From Chitinophagaceae bacterium (GTDB taxonomy: Bacteria > Bacteroidota > Bacteroidia > Chitinophagales > Chitinophagaceae), in contig JAYSXR010000392.1 of assembly GCA_043717145.1 (NCBI GenBank), positions 712 to 64,711 of the forward strand: a DNA stretch of 64,000 nucleotides. Reading direction: 5' to 3'. Below, in pieces: positions 1-12,314 of the stretch. The number at the start of each line of letters is the position of its first letter. Position 1 is the first letter of the stretch. The notes below the pieces were generated by a model, which did no database searches, had not been told where the DNA came from, and saw only the letters and a list, made by a program, of their open reading frames with translations. Position numbers and translations under genes: made by a program.

Positions 1-1231
1 ACCGTTTATCAAACACTGCTTTGAACTGGCTGAGGTCGGCACGGGTAGTGAGATTGAAATTGGTGCTGTCTATCCAGACTGATCCGGTAGACACAGCTAC
101 ATTATTCTGGTTTTGAATCTGATTATTGATATCATTATGATCGGTGCTGTAACTCAGTCCCAGGTTCATTTTCCAGCCATGACCTAAATTTTCCCGCCAG
201 CTAAGGTTATTGTACCAATTAGTATTTTTTAAACCAAAAGCATTTTTTAATGAAGGATCATCAATATTCGGCCTGCGGATGCCGAGTTGATTGGCAGCAA
301 AAGTGGTATAGTATTTTATGATACCTCCTTTTTTGGTTTTGATACGGAAATTTGCATCAGCTGCATGATAAGCAGGAATGGTAAAATTATCAGGCGTTTG
401 TTTAACAATACCAAAATAAGCAGTTAGGTTAGTGTAATCATATCTCGCACCCCAGGATGATTTTTTATCTTTCGCAATTTCCTGTATACCTGCACCCAGA
501 AATATGGGTGATATAGAAGCACTTGCTTCCGAACGTTCGGGAATATCAATACTTTCCAATATCAGGGCAGATGATAATGCCTGTCCGTACAATGCGGAAT
601 AGCCACCGGTACTAAACACGGTTCCTTTAAATAAGAAAGGAGAAAAACGGCCACGCTGGGCCAGGTCGGGCACGCTGCTGAAATAGGGATTGTTAACCAA
701 AGTACCGTCAATAAATTGTTTGGTTTCATAATTTGCACCACCTCTTACAAAAAGGCCCTCCTGTTCGCCCACCTGTTGTGCACCAGGTAAAGTTTTTACC
801 ACGGCCGAAATATCTGCATTGGCTCCGCCCGTAGTAACCACATCTAAAGAACTTAAAACGGTAGCTGCCCTTTTTCTATCACCTGCTTCAAAACTGCCGG
901 CGGTAACGGTTACTGCCTTTAGTTCATTCACCTCTTCCTTCAAAGCAAAGGCAAGGTCAACTGTATCTTTTCCAATGGTAATTTTTTGCTCAACGGGTTT
1001 GTAACCGATATTACTTACTACGATGGTTTGTTCGCCTTTTTCAAAAGTTTTAAAAGAAAAATGACTGCTTGAATCGCTCACCCCGCCATCATATGAACCT
1101 TTTACCACTATACTTGCCCCGGCAATCATATGTCCGCGGTTATCTTTTACGATTCCCTTTATTCTCACCTGTGCATTTACCCAGCCCGCCGTTAAAAGAG
1201 TAGTTATGAGCAGTATGGTTAGTTTTTTCAT
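1..1231 (-). CDS. TonB-dependent receptor with N-terminal carboxypeptidase-regulatory-like domain (3' part outside window; not in ORF track)
   Basis: Hand translation from ATG at 1231: MKKLTILLITTLLTAGWVNAQVRIKGIVKD...GASIVVKG...SNIGYK...LKAVTVTA...LPGAQQVGEQEGLFVRGG (signal peptide, N-terminal domain, plug). TATGTTTG -7 box at 1252-1259. Confidence 0.85.
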   Translation of the reverse strand, partial: MKKLTILLITTLLTAGWVNAQVRIKGIVKDNRGHMIAGASIVVKGSYDGGVSDSSSHFSFKTFEKGEQTIVVSNIGYKPVEQKITIGKDTVDLAFALKEEVNELKAVTVTAGSFEAGDRKRAATVLSSLDVVTTGGANADISAVVKTLPGAQQVGEQEGLFVRGGANYETKQFIDGTLVNNPYFSSVPDLAQRGRFSPFLFKGTVFSTGGYSALYGQALSSALILESIDIPERSEASASISPIFLGAGIQEIAKDKKSSWGARYDYTNLTAYFGIVKQTPDNFTIPAYHAADANFRIKTKKGGIIKYYTTFAANQLGIRRPNIDDPSLKNAFGLKNTNWYNNLSWRENLGHGWKMNLGLSYSTDHNDINNQIQNQNNVAVSTGSVWIDSTNFNLTTRADLSQFKAVFDKR

Positions 1232-1396
1232 GGTTGCTTTGATTGACAAGACAAACATAGAGTAGTTTATTTTATAAACCAAACTATTTTATAAATGTTA
1301 TGATTATTTGTGTTTATAAATCATAACAAACTGAAAGTCATAGAAATGACTTTTAATATTTATTTAAATTATATATAAATAATTTGTGCACTCCTC

Positions 1397-1434
1397 AAAA
1401 ATAAAATAGCCCCGAAAATCCGGGGCTATTTTAT
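1397..1434 (-). terminator. Intrinsic terminator of atp operon
   Basis: ATAAAATAGCCCCG-aaaatc-CGGGGCTATTTTAT perfect hairpin with T-run on minus strand, just after the atpA stop. Confidence 0.85.
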
Positions 1435-1455
1435 CAAATTATTTGTTGAGTGACC

Positions 1456-3033
1456 TTATTTGTACTGTGCCATCAATCCTTTTGCCAATGTTACCATTTT
1501 CGCAAGGCTCTCATCATTCAACTGGCCTTTTTTAAATTCCGCCAACACATCGGGTAATTTATTTTCCATATCTATCAAAAAATGCGATTCAAATTCTTTC
1601 ACTTTTCTAACTGCTACATCTTTTAATAAACCTTGCGTACCGAGATATATTATCGCTACCTGTTTTTCAACAGACATAGGTGAATATTGCAATTGCTTTA
1701 ATATTTCCACATTCCTCGCGCCTTTATCAATTACATTTTTTGTGGCAGCATCAAGGTCGCCACCAAATTTTGAGAATGCTTCCAGCTCGCGGTATAAAGC
1801 CTGGTCGAGTTTTAACGTACCCGCCACCTTTTTCATGGATTTGATCTGTGCATTCCCACCCACACGGCTTACAGAAATACCCACGTTAATCGCCGGGCGG
1901 ATACCTGCATTGAACAAATTGCCTTCCAGGAATATCTGGCCGTCAGTAATAGAAATCACGTTGGTAGGAATATAGGCGGATACATCACCCGCCTGTGTTT
2001 CAATGATTGGCAACGCTGTTAATGAACCTCCACCTTTTACCAGGTGTTTGATCGATTCTGGGAGGTCATTCATTTTCTTAGCTACATCGTCATTGGCAAT
2101 AACTTTTGCTGCCCTTTCCAATAAACGGCTATGAAGATAGAACACATCACCGGGATATGCTTCACGTCCCGGTGGCCTTCTTAACAACAAAGAAACCTCA
2201 CGGTAAGCAACTGCCTGTTTAGAAAGGTCATCATAAATAATTAATGCAGGACGACCCGTATCACGGAAAAACTCACCTATCGCAGCACCCGCAAAAGGAG
2301 CATAGAATTGTAAGGGAGCAGGATCAGAAGCAGAAGCGCAAACAATCGTTGTAAATGCCATCGCTCCGTTATCATTTAATGTTTTCATTACCCCGGCAAC
2401 AGTGGATGCTTTCTGGCCAATGGCAACATAAATACAATACACAGGTTTGCCGGCATCGTAAAATTCTTTTTGGTTGATGATGGTATCAACACAGATAGCT
2501 GTTTTGCCAGTCTGGCGGTCACCAATCACCAACTCACGCTGGCCGCGGCCTACCGGGATCATAGCATCAATGGCTTTGATACCTGTTTGCAAAGGTTCTT
2601 TAACAGGTTCGCGATAAATAACACCTGGTGCTTTACGCTCCAGTGGCATTTCATACAATTCACCTGTTAAAGGGCCTTTACCATCAATTGGTTCTCCTAA
2701 TGTATTAATAACGCGCCCAACAACACCTTCTCCCACTTTAATGGAAGCGATCTGTCCGGTTCTTTTTACTTTGGCCCCTTCTTTAATATCACCGCTTTCG
2801 CCCATCAAAACCACACCTACATTATCTTCTTCCAGGTTAAGGGCAATGGCTTTTACGCCACTTTCAAATTCTACCAGCTCACCACTACGCACACCGTTAA
2901 GGCCATACACACGGGCAATACCATCTCCCACCTGTAATACGGTACCTACTTCTTCCAGGTCAGCCGAGGCATTGAAGTTGCTTAGCTGCTGGCGCAGTAT
3001 CGCTGATATTTCATCGGGTTTAATGTCTACCAT
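1456..3033 (-). CDS. atpA: F0F1 ATP synthase subunit alpha
   Basis: GDRQTGKT Walker [23 protein letters not shown]. Confidence 0.98.
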   Translation of the reverse strand: MVDIKPDEISAILRQQLSNFNASADLEEVGTVLQVGDGIARVYGLNGVRSGELVEFESGVKAIALNLEEDNVGVVLMGESGDIKEGAKVKRTGQIASIKVGEGVVGRVINTLGEPIDGKGPLTGELYEMPLERKAPGVIYREPVKEPLQTGIKAIDAMIPVGRGQRELVIGDRQTGKTAICVDTIINQKEFYDAGKPVYCIYVAIGQKASTVAGVMKTLNDNGAMAFTTIVCASASDPAPLQFYAPFAGAAIGEFFRDTGRPALIIYDDLSKQAVAYREVSLLLRRPPGREAYPGDVFYLHSRLLERAAKVIANDDVAKKMNDLPESIKHLVKGGGSLTALPIIETQAGDVSAYIPTNVISITDGQIFLEGNLFNAGIRPAINVGISVSRVGGNAQIKSMKKVAGTLKLDQALYRELEAFSKFGGDLDAATKNVIDKGARNVEILKQLQYSPMSVEKQVAIIYLGTQGLLKDVAVRKVKEFESHFLIDMENKLPDVLAEFKKGQLNDESLAKMVTLAKGLMAQYK

Positions 3034-3075
3034 GATCTATATACTTTTAGGTTATGTTATAAATATTTATAAAAA

Positions 3076-3639
3076 TTAGCGCATGTTTTGCAGGAACAGG
3101 TTTCTTGAAAACTGTTTTTTTATATCCTTCAGTTCACGCAGTATGCTGGCATCCACTAAATTATTATTGAACTCCAATACAAAACCACCAATCAGGCTTT
3201 CGTCAGTGGCCGTTTCCAGTTCAATGGTGCCCAGTCCCTTTTCTTTTTGTACTTTTAATTCGATTGACTTTTTCAATTCCGCACTTACTTCAACCGCCGT
3301 GGTTAATTTTACCCGATGAATATTTTTGATGGTATTATACTGCTCAACAAATGCAAATGCGATCTCAGGTAAATCGCTTTCACGCCCTTTCTTAACCAAG
3401 AGGTTACTAAAAGCGGCGGTTAACTCGCTCACTTTCCCTTTTGTAACGGCGGTAACAATCGTATTCTTTTGATCAGCCTTGATGATAGGGCTTTTCAACA
3501 GGTTAACAAAATCTTTGCTCTGCTTACAAACAGCCTCTAAATATTTCATGTCGGCATACACAGCCTCCAATTGCCCTTTCTCGGTAGAGAGGTCAATTAA
3601 ACTTTTTGCATACCTGGCGGCTAAACGTGGGTTGGGCAT
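3076..3639 (-). CDS. atpH: F0F1 ATP synthase subunit delta
   Basis: LAARYAKSL N-terminus, LIGGFVL..VDASI C-terminus, operon position. Confidence 0.95.
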   Translation of the reverse strand: MPNPRLAARYAKSLIDLSTEKGQLEAVYADMKYLEAVCKQSKDFVNLLKSPIIKADQKNTIVTAVTKGKVSELTAAFSNLLVKKGRESDLPEIAFAFVEQYNTIKNIHRVKLTTAVEVSAELKKSIELKVQKEKGLGTIELETATDESLIGGFVLEFNNNLVDASILRELKDIKKQFSRNLFLQNMR

Positions 3640-3646
3640 TTATTTC

Positions 3647-3712
3647 AATTTGAAAATTTGAAAATTTGAAAATTTGAAAATTTAGCATCCGCCTTTTCAA
3701 ATTTTCAAATTA
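3647..3712. repeat. 8-mer tandem/inverted repeat element (TTTGAAAA x4, inverted x2) between atpF and atpH
   Basis: aatttgaaaatttgaaaatttgaaaatttgaaaattt-agcatccgcc-ttttcaaattttcaaatt. Confidence 0.85.
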
Positions 3713-3713
3713 G

Positions 3714-4208
3714 CTAATTCAGTTTCACTCCTTGGGCTAAATCTTTAATATATTTCTCCTGCTCTGCTTTGTTGCTGAGTTCCCTGCGCAGGATTTTTTC
3801 ACTTAATTCAATTACCAATGCGCCTACCTGGTTTTTCACATCAGTTAATGCCGCATTTTTTTGCTGAGTGATGGCCACCTGTGCATCGGCCACAATACGA
3901 TCATATTCGCTTTTGGCTTTGTCTGTGGCCTCGCTGATCATTTTAAGGGTCTGTTCTTTGGCTTCTTTGATCATGATACCGCGTTCTTCACGCGCCTGTG
4001 CCATCAAGGCTTCATTTTCATTTTTAAGAGCGATCATTTCACCTTTTACTTTTTCAGCGGTAGCGAGTGATTCAGCAATACCTATCTCGCGCTCATTCAA
4101 ACCTTTGATAATGGCGGGCCATGCAAATTTCTTCAATATGAAGAAAACAATTAAAAACGCCATCAGCGTCCATAATAATAACCCTGGATCTGGTGTAAGT
4201 AATTTCAT
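3714..4208 (-). CDS. atpF: F0F1 ATP synthase subunit b
   Basis: PDPGLLLW TM helix, LKKFAWPAI, coiled coil. Confidence 0.96.
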   Translation of the reverse strand: MKLLTPDPGLLLWTLMAFLIVFFILKKFAWPAIIKGLNEREIGIAESLATAEKVKGEMIALKNENEALMAQAREERGIMIKEAKEQTLKMISEATDKAKSEYDRIVADAQVAITQQKNAALTDVKNQVGALVIELSEKILRRELSNKAEQEKYIKDLAQGVKLN

Positions 4209-4373
4209 AAAATATATCCTCCAATATCCCGTAAGTCGGGAATTTTATGTTGATAAATTGATTTAACCGTATTAGTGTGCGACGCAACAGGCGATGCCAT
4301 AAAAACAAAAAGCTCGAAACATAACACAAGTTTTTAAAGAGCAATCGTTCTGGCCACTTTGGCTTTCCGAACG

Positions 4374-4413
4374 AAAATAAACTGCACCCTCCGCCCTGTA
4401 CTTTAGGTGCAGT
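4374..4413 (-). terminator. Terminator-like hairpin directly after atpE
   Basis: mRNA ACUGCACC...GGUGCAGU followed by UUAUUUU. Confidence 0.55.
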
Positions 4414-4438
4414 ATTACTATCTTTTAGCGCTGGTTTA

Positions 4439-5844
<1,406 letters not shown>

Positions 5845-6096
5845 ACCTGTTTGTAAATTTGCGGCAAAGATAGGGGTAAGGGGTTGAAAAGCCTACAGGC
5901 AAAGGGAGAAAAAAAGTGAAAGATATCATTGGCTTGACTTATGGATATTATCCTGCAATTGCTTGATTTTTTCAAGATAAATCACATCAATTTGATCTTT
6001 GTGTATATCAGCAGCTTTTTTGGCCGCAATCAGGTGGTTTATATGTAAAAAATGAACCATCACTCCATCAATATCACCCCTAGCAGACATATCCCT

Positions 6097-7914
6097 TTAT
6101 ACCGATACAGCTTTTTTATTTTCAAACTGCATCTCATGCAATTTAGCATAGAATCCGCCCAATGCCAAGAGCTGTTCGTGGGTGCCCATTTCTTTTAGTT
6201 CGCCTTTATCTAGTACAATTATTTTATTGGCTTTACGTATAGTAGAAAGCCTGTGTGCTATCACGATGGACGTGCGTCCGGAGATCATGCTATCAATGGC
6301 TTTTTCAATAAGCATTTCGCTTTCTGTATCAATGGAAGATGTGGCTTCATCCAGTATCAATATTGCGGGGTTGTATAACAGCGCCCTGATAAAAGAAAGC
6401 AGTTGCCGCTGGCCCAGGCTTAAGGTACTACCTCTTTCCATAACCTTGTAATCATAGCCGCCGGGTAATTGCATGATGAATTCATCAACACCGATCATTT
6501 TAGCGGCCACAATCACCTGTTCGCGGGATATTTCGGGATTACGCAATGTGATGTTATCCATCACAGATCCTGAAAACAAAAAAACATCCTGTAAGACTAC
6601 GCCGATACTTTTACGTAACGTATCTAAGTGGTACTCCTCAATATTTACCCCATCAATCTGTATCTCGCCTTTTTTAATATGGTATAACCTGTTCAGCAGG
6701 CTAATAATGGATGTTTTGCCACTGCCGGTATGCCCAACTAATGCCACCGTTTCTCCTGCATTCACATGAAAATTAATATCCTTTAAAACATAATTGGGTT
6801 CTGTATATGCAAAGGAAACATGTTTAAAATCAATTTCACCTTTTACAGCTGTGGGATCGTATTTGCCATTTGCGGTGGATGCTACAAAATCGTCGTTATC
6901 CAATACTTGAAAAACCCGTTCTGCGGCAATCATGCCCATTTGCAATACATTAAACTTATCGGCAATCACCCGTAATGGACGGAATATCTGGTTGAGGTAT
7001 AAGATAAATGCCACCAGCAATCCCGCATCCAGCGAGCGGTCGGCAATCCACCAAACCAATAAGCCGGTGCTGATGGCCAACACGACTTCCACCACCGGAA
7101 AAAATATCGAATAAGCAAATATGGCTTTGATATTGGCATTACGGTGTTCTGAATTAATTTTTTTGAATTTGTCAAACTCCCTTTCTTCCGCAGCAAAAGC
7201 CTGAACCACCTGCATACCGGTAATATGTTCCTGTACAAAAGCATTTAACGCAGCCACCGCATTTCTTACCCGGATAAAACTTTTGTTTACACTCTCTTTG
7301 AAATAATAGGTAGCCAGTATCATGATTGGAAATGGAACCAAACTAATCAGGGTTAAACGCCAATCAATCCAGAACATAGTACCTAGCGTGATTACAATAG
7401 TGAGCAGGTCGGCAATGATGGGTATCAGCCCGTCTGAAAAAATATCATTAATGCTTTCAATATCATTGATCGTTCTTGTAGTAAGCGTACCAATCGGTGT
7501 TTTATCAAACTGGCTCAGGTTCAGGCCAATGATTTTTTTATAGACAGCAATACGCAGATCTTTTACAACACTTTGTCCCATCCATGCTGTAATAAAAGTA
7601 AATGAGAATCTTACGATTGTTTCTATAAACAAAAAGATTACCTGAAAAATGCTCACTGCAATGATAAACTTGGTAGCATCAGACAGATCTGTTGTAAACA
7701 AAACGGTTTCCAGCCAATGTGGTATATGGATGAACTTACCAGTGGCTTTATCAATAGTCAATTGAATCAGGTAGGGGCGTACTGGTGCAAAAACCGCCAT
7801 TACGATAGCCAGTAACAGGCTCACGTAAAAAAAGGAACGATAAGGCTTTACAAAATGGAAAACCCTTCCCAACAACGAAATATTAAATACTTTCCTTTTG
7901 TTTAATTCATTCAT
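6097..7914 (-). CDS. ABC transporter, fused permease/ATPase (MsbA/MdlB-like)
   Basis: GHTGSGKT, LSLGQRQ, ILILDEATS. Start moved to ATG 7914 because the TACCTTTG -7 box lies at 7924-7931. Confidence 0.9.
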   Translation of the reverse strand: MNELNKRKVFNISLLGRVFHFVKPYRSFFYVSLLLAIVMAVFAPVRPYLIQLTIDKATGKFIHIPHWLETVLFTTDLSDATKFIIAVSIFQVIFLFIETIVRFSFTFITAWMGQSVVKDLRIAVYKKIIGLNLSQFDKTPIGTLTTRTINDIESINDIFSDGLIPIIADLLTIVITLGTMFWIDWRLTLISLVPFPIMILATYYFKESVNKSFIRVRNAVAALNAFVQEHITGMQVVQAFAAEEREFDKFKKINSEHRNANIKAIFAYSIFFPVVEVVLAISTGLLVWWIADRSLDAGLLVAFILYLNQIFRPLRVIADKFNVLQMGMIAAERVFQVLDNDDFVASTANGKYDPTAVKGEIDFKHVSFAYTEPNYVLKDINFHVNAGETVALVGHTGSGKTSIISLLNRLYHIKKGEIQIDGVNIEEYHLDTLRKSIGVVLQDVFLFSGSVMDNITLRNPEISREQVIVAAKMIGVDEFIMQLPGGYDYKVMERGSTLSLGQRQLLSFIRALLYNPAILILDEATSSIDTESEMLIEKAIDSMISGRTSIVIAHRLSTIRKANKIIVLDKGELKEMGTHEQLLALGGFYAKLHEMQFENKKAVSV

Positions 7915-7989
7915 GGTAATGAACAAAGGTAAGAAGTCTGGGTACAGGGGAATTGCCGATTATGGAAAAATCGTGTGGGGTACGGGGCA

Positions 7990-8081
7990 GTGAGTTGTGA
8001 ACCGGGAAGGGTAAATATTCTGTACCGGCTTTTCACTACTCACCTTTCACTACTCACCACTCACAATTCACAATTCACACC
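7990..8081. repeat. Heptamer tandem repeat (TCACNNN x7) with upstream inverted arm
   Basis: tcactac tcacctt tcactac tcaccac tcacaat tcacaat tcacacc at 8033-8081; gtgagttgtgaa at 7990-8001. Confidence 0.8.
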
Positions 8082-8127
8082 ACGCGTTCACCATTCAGTC
8101 TGTCCCTTTCGTATATTCGTCATAGAT

Positions 8128-10383
8128 ATGGAGCAAGCACCGGAAATTTTTGTTGAACCAGTTTTACCAAAATATAATCTCAACCCTGAACAGGAAAAAA
8201 ATGAGATCATACGTCATTATCGTGCCCTGCTTCGTAGCATTCGACCAAAGCTGAAAAAAGGGGATAAGGAATTGGTACGTCTCGCTTTTAAAATGGCAGC
8301 CGAAGCACATAAAACCATGCGTCGCAAAAGTGGTGAGCCTTATATTCTGCACCCCATTGCTGTTGCCTTGATCTGCGTGGAAGAAATTGGCCTGGGTGTA
8401 AGAAGCACCATATGCGCTTTATTACATGATACCGTGGAAGATACCGACATAACTTTAGAAGATGTAGAAAGGGAGTTCGGATCTGAAATATCGAAGATTG
8501 TTGACGGACTGACCAAGATTTCCAATGTAATAGATACCAATACAAGCCAGCAGGCCGAGAATTTTAAAAAGATTTTACTTACCCTCACAGATGATCCAAG
8601 GGTGATATTGATTAAACTCGCTGATCGCCTGCACAATATGCGCACGCTGGATCATATGAAGCGTGAGAAACAACTAAAAATCGCATCCGAAACTGTTTGG
8701 GTATATGCGCCCCTTGCCCATCGAATGGGTTTGTATAATATTAAAACAGAGCTGGAAGACCTTTCCATGAAGTATATGGAACCGGAAGCTTATAAAGATA
8801 TAGCCAGAAAACTCTCCGAAACAAAAAGGGAGCGCACCCGCTACATCAATGAATTTGTTCGCCCCTTAAAAGAAAAACTGACCACCGGCGACTTTAATTT
8901 TGAAATCTACGGCCGGCCCAAAAGCATCCACTCTATCTGGAATAAAATCAAAAAGAAAGGTGTGGCATTTGAAGAAGTTTATGACTTATTTGCCATACGT
9001 GTAATACTCGATTCGGCACCTGAGAAAGAAAAAGAAGATTGCTGGAAAGTTTATTCAATGATCACAGATGAATACACGCCATCCCCGGAACGTTTACGAG
9101 ATTGGTTGAGTAATCCAAAGAATAACGGTTATGAAGCTTTACATACTACCGTAATGGGGCCACAGGGAAAATGGGTAGAAGTGCAGATACGCACCAAACG
9201 CATGAATGAAATAGCTGAAAAAGGATTGGCTGCCCATTACAAATACAAAGAAGGAAGCAATGATGAGGACCGTTTTGATAAATGGTTTGGTCAGATCCGC
9301 GAAGTGCTGAGTACACAGGATATAGATGGAGTTGATTTTTTACAGGATTTTAAAACCTCTTTTCTTGCCGAGGAGATTTATGTGTACACACCAAAAGGGG
9401 AGGTAAAAATGTTGCCTACCGGCAGTACCGCCCTGGATTTTGCATTTTCCATCCACTCCGCTATCGGCACCAAATGTATAGGCGCCAAAGTACACCATAA
9501 GCTGGTGCCTATCAACCATAAACTCCGCAGCGGCGACCAGATAGAGATCATTACCAGTAATAAACAAAAGCCTTCGGAAGACTGGCTGAATATGGTAGTT
9601 ACTGCCAAAGCAAAGAGTAAGATCAAAGATGCGCTGCGGGAAGAAAAAAGAAAGATTGCAGAAGATGGCAAATACATCCTGCAACGCAAACTCGAAGCCA
9701 TTGGCGCTGCTTACAGCCAGTATAATATTGAGGAACTGGTTCAATTTTACAAACTGCCTTCTCCGCTTGACCTTCATTATAAAATTGCTACCAAAGCAAT
9801 TGACCTACGAGAACTGAAAGATTTTCATGTATTGGGCGATAAGATAGAAATTCCCAAACCCAAGCCGGTGATTACTGAAATACCGATTGACCATACACAG
9901 CACAAAACATACAACCGTAAAGATTCTGAACTGATCATCTTTGGTGAAAGCAGCGATAAGATCATGTACACCCTTGCCAAATGCTGTAACCCAATTCCTG
10001 GGGATGATGTGTTTGGTTTTGTAAGCACGGGTAAAGGTTTGATCATTCACCGGACTGGTTGTCCGAATGCTACCCAATTATTATCCAACTATAGCCACAG
10101 GGTAGTAAAAACAAAATGGGCCAAGAATAAGGAAATTTCCTTCCTCACAGGATTGAAAATTGTGGGATTGGATGATGTAGGCGTAATCAACAAAATTACC
10201 AATGTGATCAGTGGCGACCTGCGTATTAATATCTCTGGCCTCACAATCGAATCCCGGGAAGGTTTATTTGAAGGAACCATTAAAGTATTCGTTCACGACA
10301 AAGAAGAACTGGAAGAACTGGTTAACCGCCTTAAATCGCTTAACGGAATACAAACAGTTGATCGTTTTGACACAGAAAACTAA
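8128..10383 (+). CDS. relA: Bifunctional (p)ppGpp synthetase/hydrolase Rel
   Basis: LHDTVED hydrolase; RPK/YEALH/EVQIRT synthetase; TGS (DFAFSIH), CC and ACT domains. True start ATG 8128 (ORF-track extension runs through the repeat). Confidence 0.95.
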   Translation: MEQAPEIFVEPVLPKYNLNPEQEKNEIIRHYRALLRSIRPKLKKGDKELVRLAFKMAAEAHKTMRRKSGEPYILHPIAVALICVEEIGLGVRSTICALLHDTVEDTDITLEDVEREFGSEISKIVDGLTKISNVIDTNTSQQAENFKKILLTLTDDPRVILIKLADRLHNMRTLDHMKREKQLKIASETVWVYAPLAHRMGLYNIKTELEDLSMKYMEPEAYKDIARKLSETKRERTRYINEFVRPLKEKLTTGDFNFEIYGRPKSIHSIWNKIKKKGVAFEEVYDLFAIRVILDSAPEKEKEDCWKVYSMITDEYTPSPERLRDWLSNPKNNGYEALHTTVMGPQGKWVEVQIRTKRMNEIAEKGLAAHYKYKEGSNDEDRFDKWFGQIREVLSTQDIDGVDFLQDFKTSFLAEEIYVYTPKGEVKMLPTGSTALDFAFSIHSAIGTKCIGAKVHHKLVPINHKLRSGDQIEIITSNKQKPSEDWLNMVVTAKAKSKIKDALREEKRKIAEDGKYILQRKLEAIGAAYSQYNIEELVQFYKLPSPLDLHYKIATKAIDLRELKDFHVLGDKIEIPKPKPVITEIPIDHTQHKTYNRKDSELIIFGESSDKIMYTLAKCCNPIPGDDVFGFVSTGKGLIIHRTGCPNATQLLSNYSHRVVKTKWAKNKEISFLTGLKIVGLDDVGVINKITNVISGDLRINISGLTIESREGLFEGTIKVFVHDKEELEELVNRLKSLNGIQTVDRFDTEN

Positions 10384-10399
10384 AACTGATGGGGGGTAA

Positions 10400-11758
<1,359 letters not shown>

Positions 11759-11849
11759 TATTTATTGGCATTTGTTTTGTGATTGAAAAGTTTTTTTGGT
11801 TAATAATAAATTGCGTTGAAATTTTACGCAATCAATCTTATTAGAAAAT

Positions 11850-12296
11850 ATGGCACCGAAGTCTGATAAGGATTCTAAATCCACCACGCCGAAAACGACA
11901 CCGGCAAAAAATACTGATGCAAAGCCATCATCTAAAAGCAAAAAGCAATTGGATGATGATGACGATGATTTGGATGATGAGCAGGTGGATACAAAACCAT
12001 CTGCAAAGAAATCTGCTCCAAAAGCATCCGGTAAGAAATCGAAATCAGACGATGATGACGATGAAGAAGCCGATGAAGTTGATGATGATTGGGAAAAACC
12101 CGAAGAGGAAGACGATTGGGATCCTGATTTCGATGAATTCGATATACCCAAGAGTAAAGGTAAAAAAGCTACCGGCACCGGTGCAAAAAAGAAAGAAGAA
12201 GAGGATGACTTTAAACTGGATGAAGACTTTAAAGAATTCGATCTTTTCAACGATAAAAGTGGTGGATTTGATGATGATGAAGATGATGATTTTTAA
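11850..12296 (+). CDS. Low-complexity Lys-rich/Asp-Glu-rich hypothetical protein
   Basis: 148-aa ORF co-oriented with purA; alternating basic and acidic blocks; WDPDFDEFDIP. Confidence 0.8.
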   Translation: MAPKSDKDSKSTTPKTTPAKNTDAKPSSKSKKQLDDDDDDLDDEQVDTKPSAKKSAPKASGKKSKSDDDDDEEADEVDDDWEKPEEEDDWDPDFDEFDIPKSKGKKATGTGAKKKEEEDDFKLDEDFKEFDLFNDKSGGFDDDEDDDF

Positions 12297-12314
12297 TCAT
12301 CAGTCCCTTACAAG

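Noticed and set aside
5880-6096. Possible atpI gene or FNR/CRP site upstream of atpB
   Set aside because: No convincing ORF; the TTGA-N5-TCAA spacing does not match the FNR consensus
8033-8081. Short repeats as a CRISPR array
   Set aside because: Units are 7-9 nt with no unique spacers, and there are no cas genes
7975-8127. 51-aa N-terminal extension of Rel in the ORF track
   Set aside because: It translates the heptamer repeat and the promoter (TATATTCG ~8112); the real start is ATG 8128
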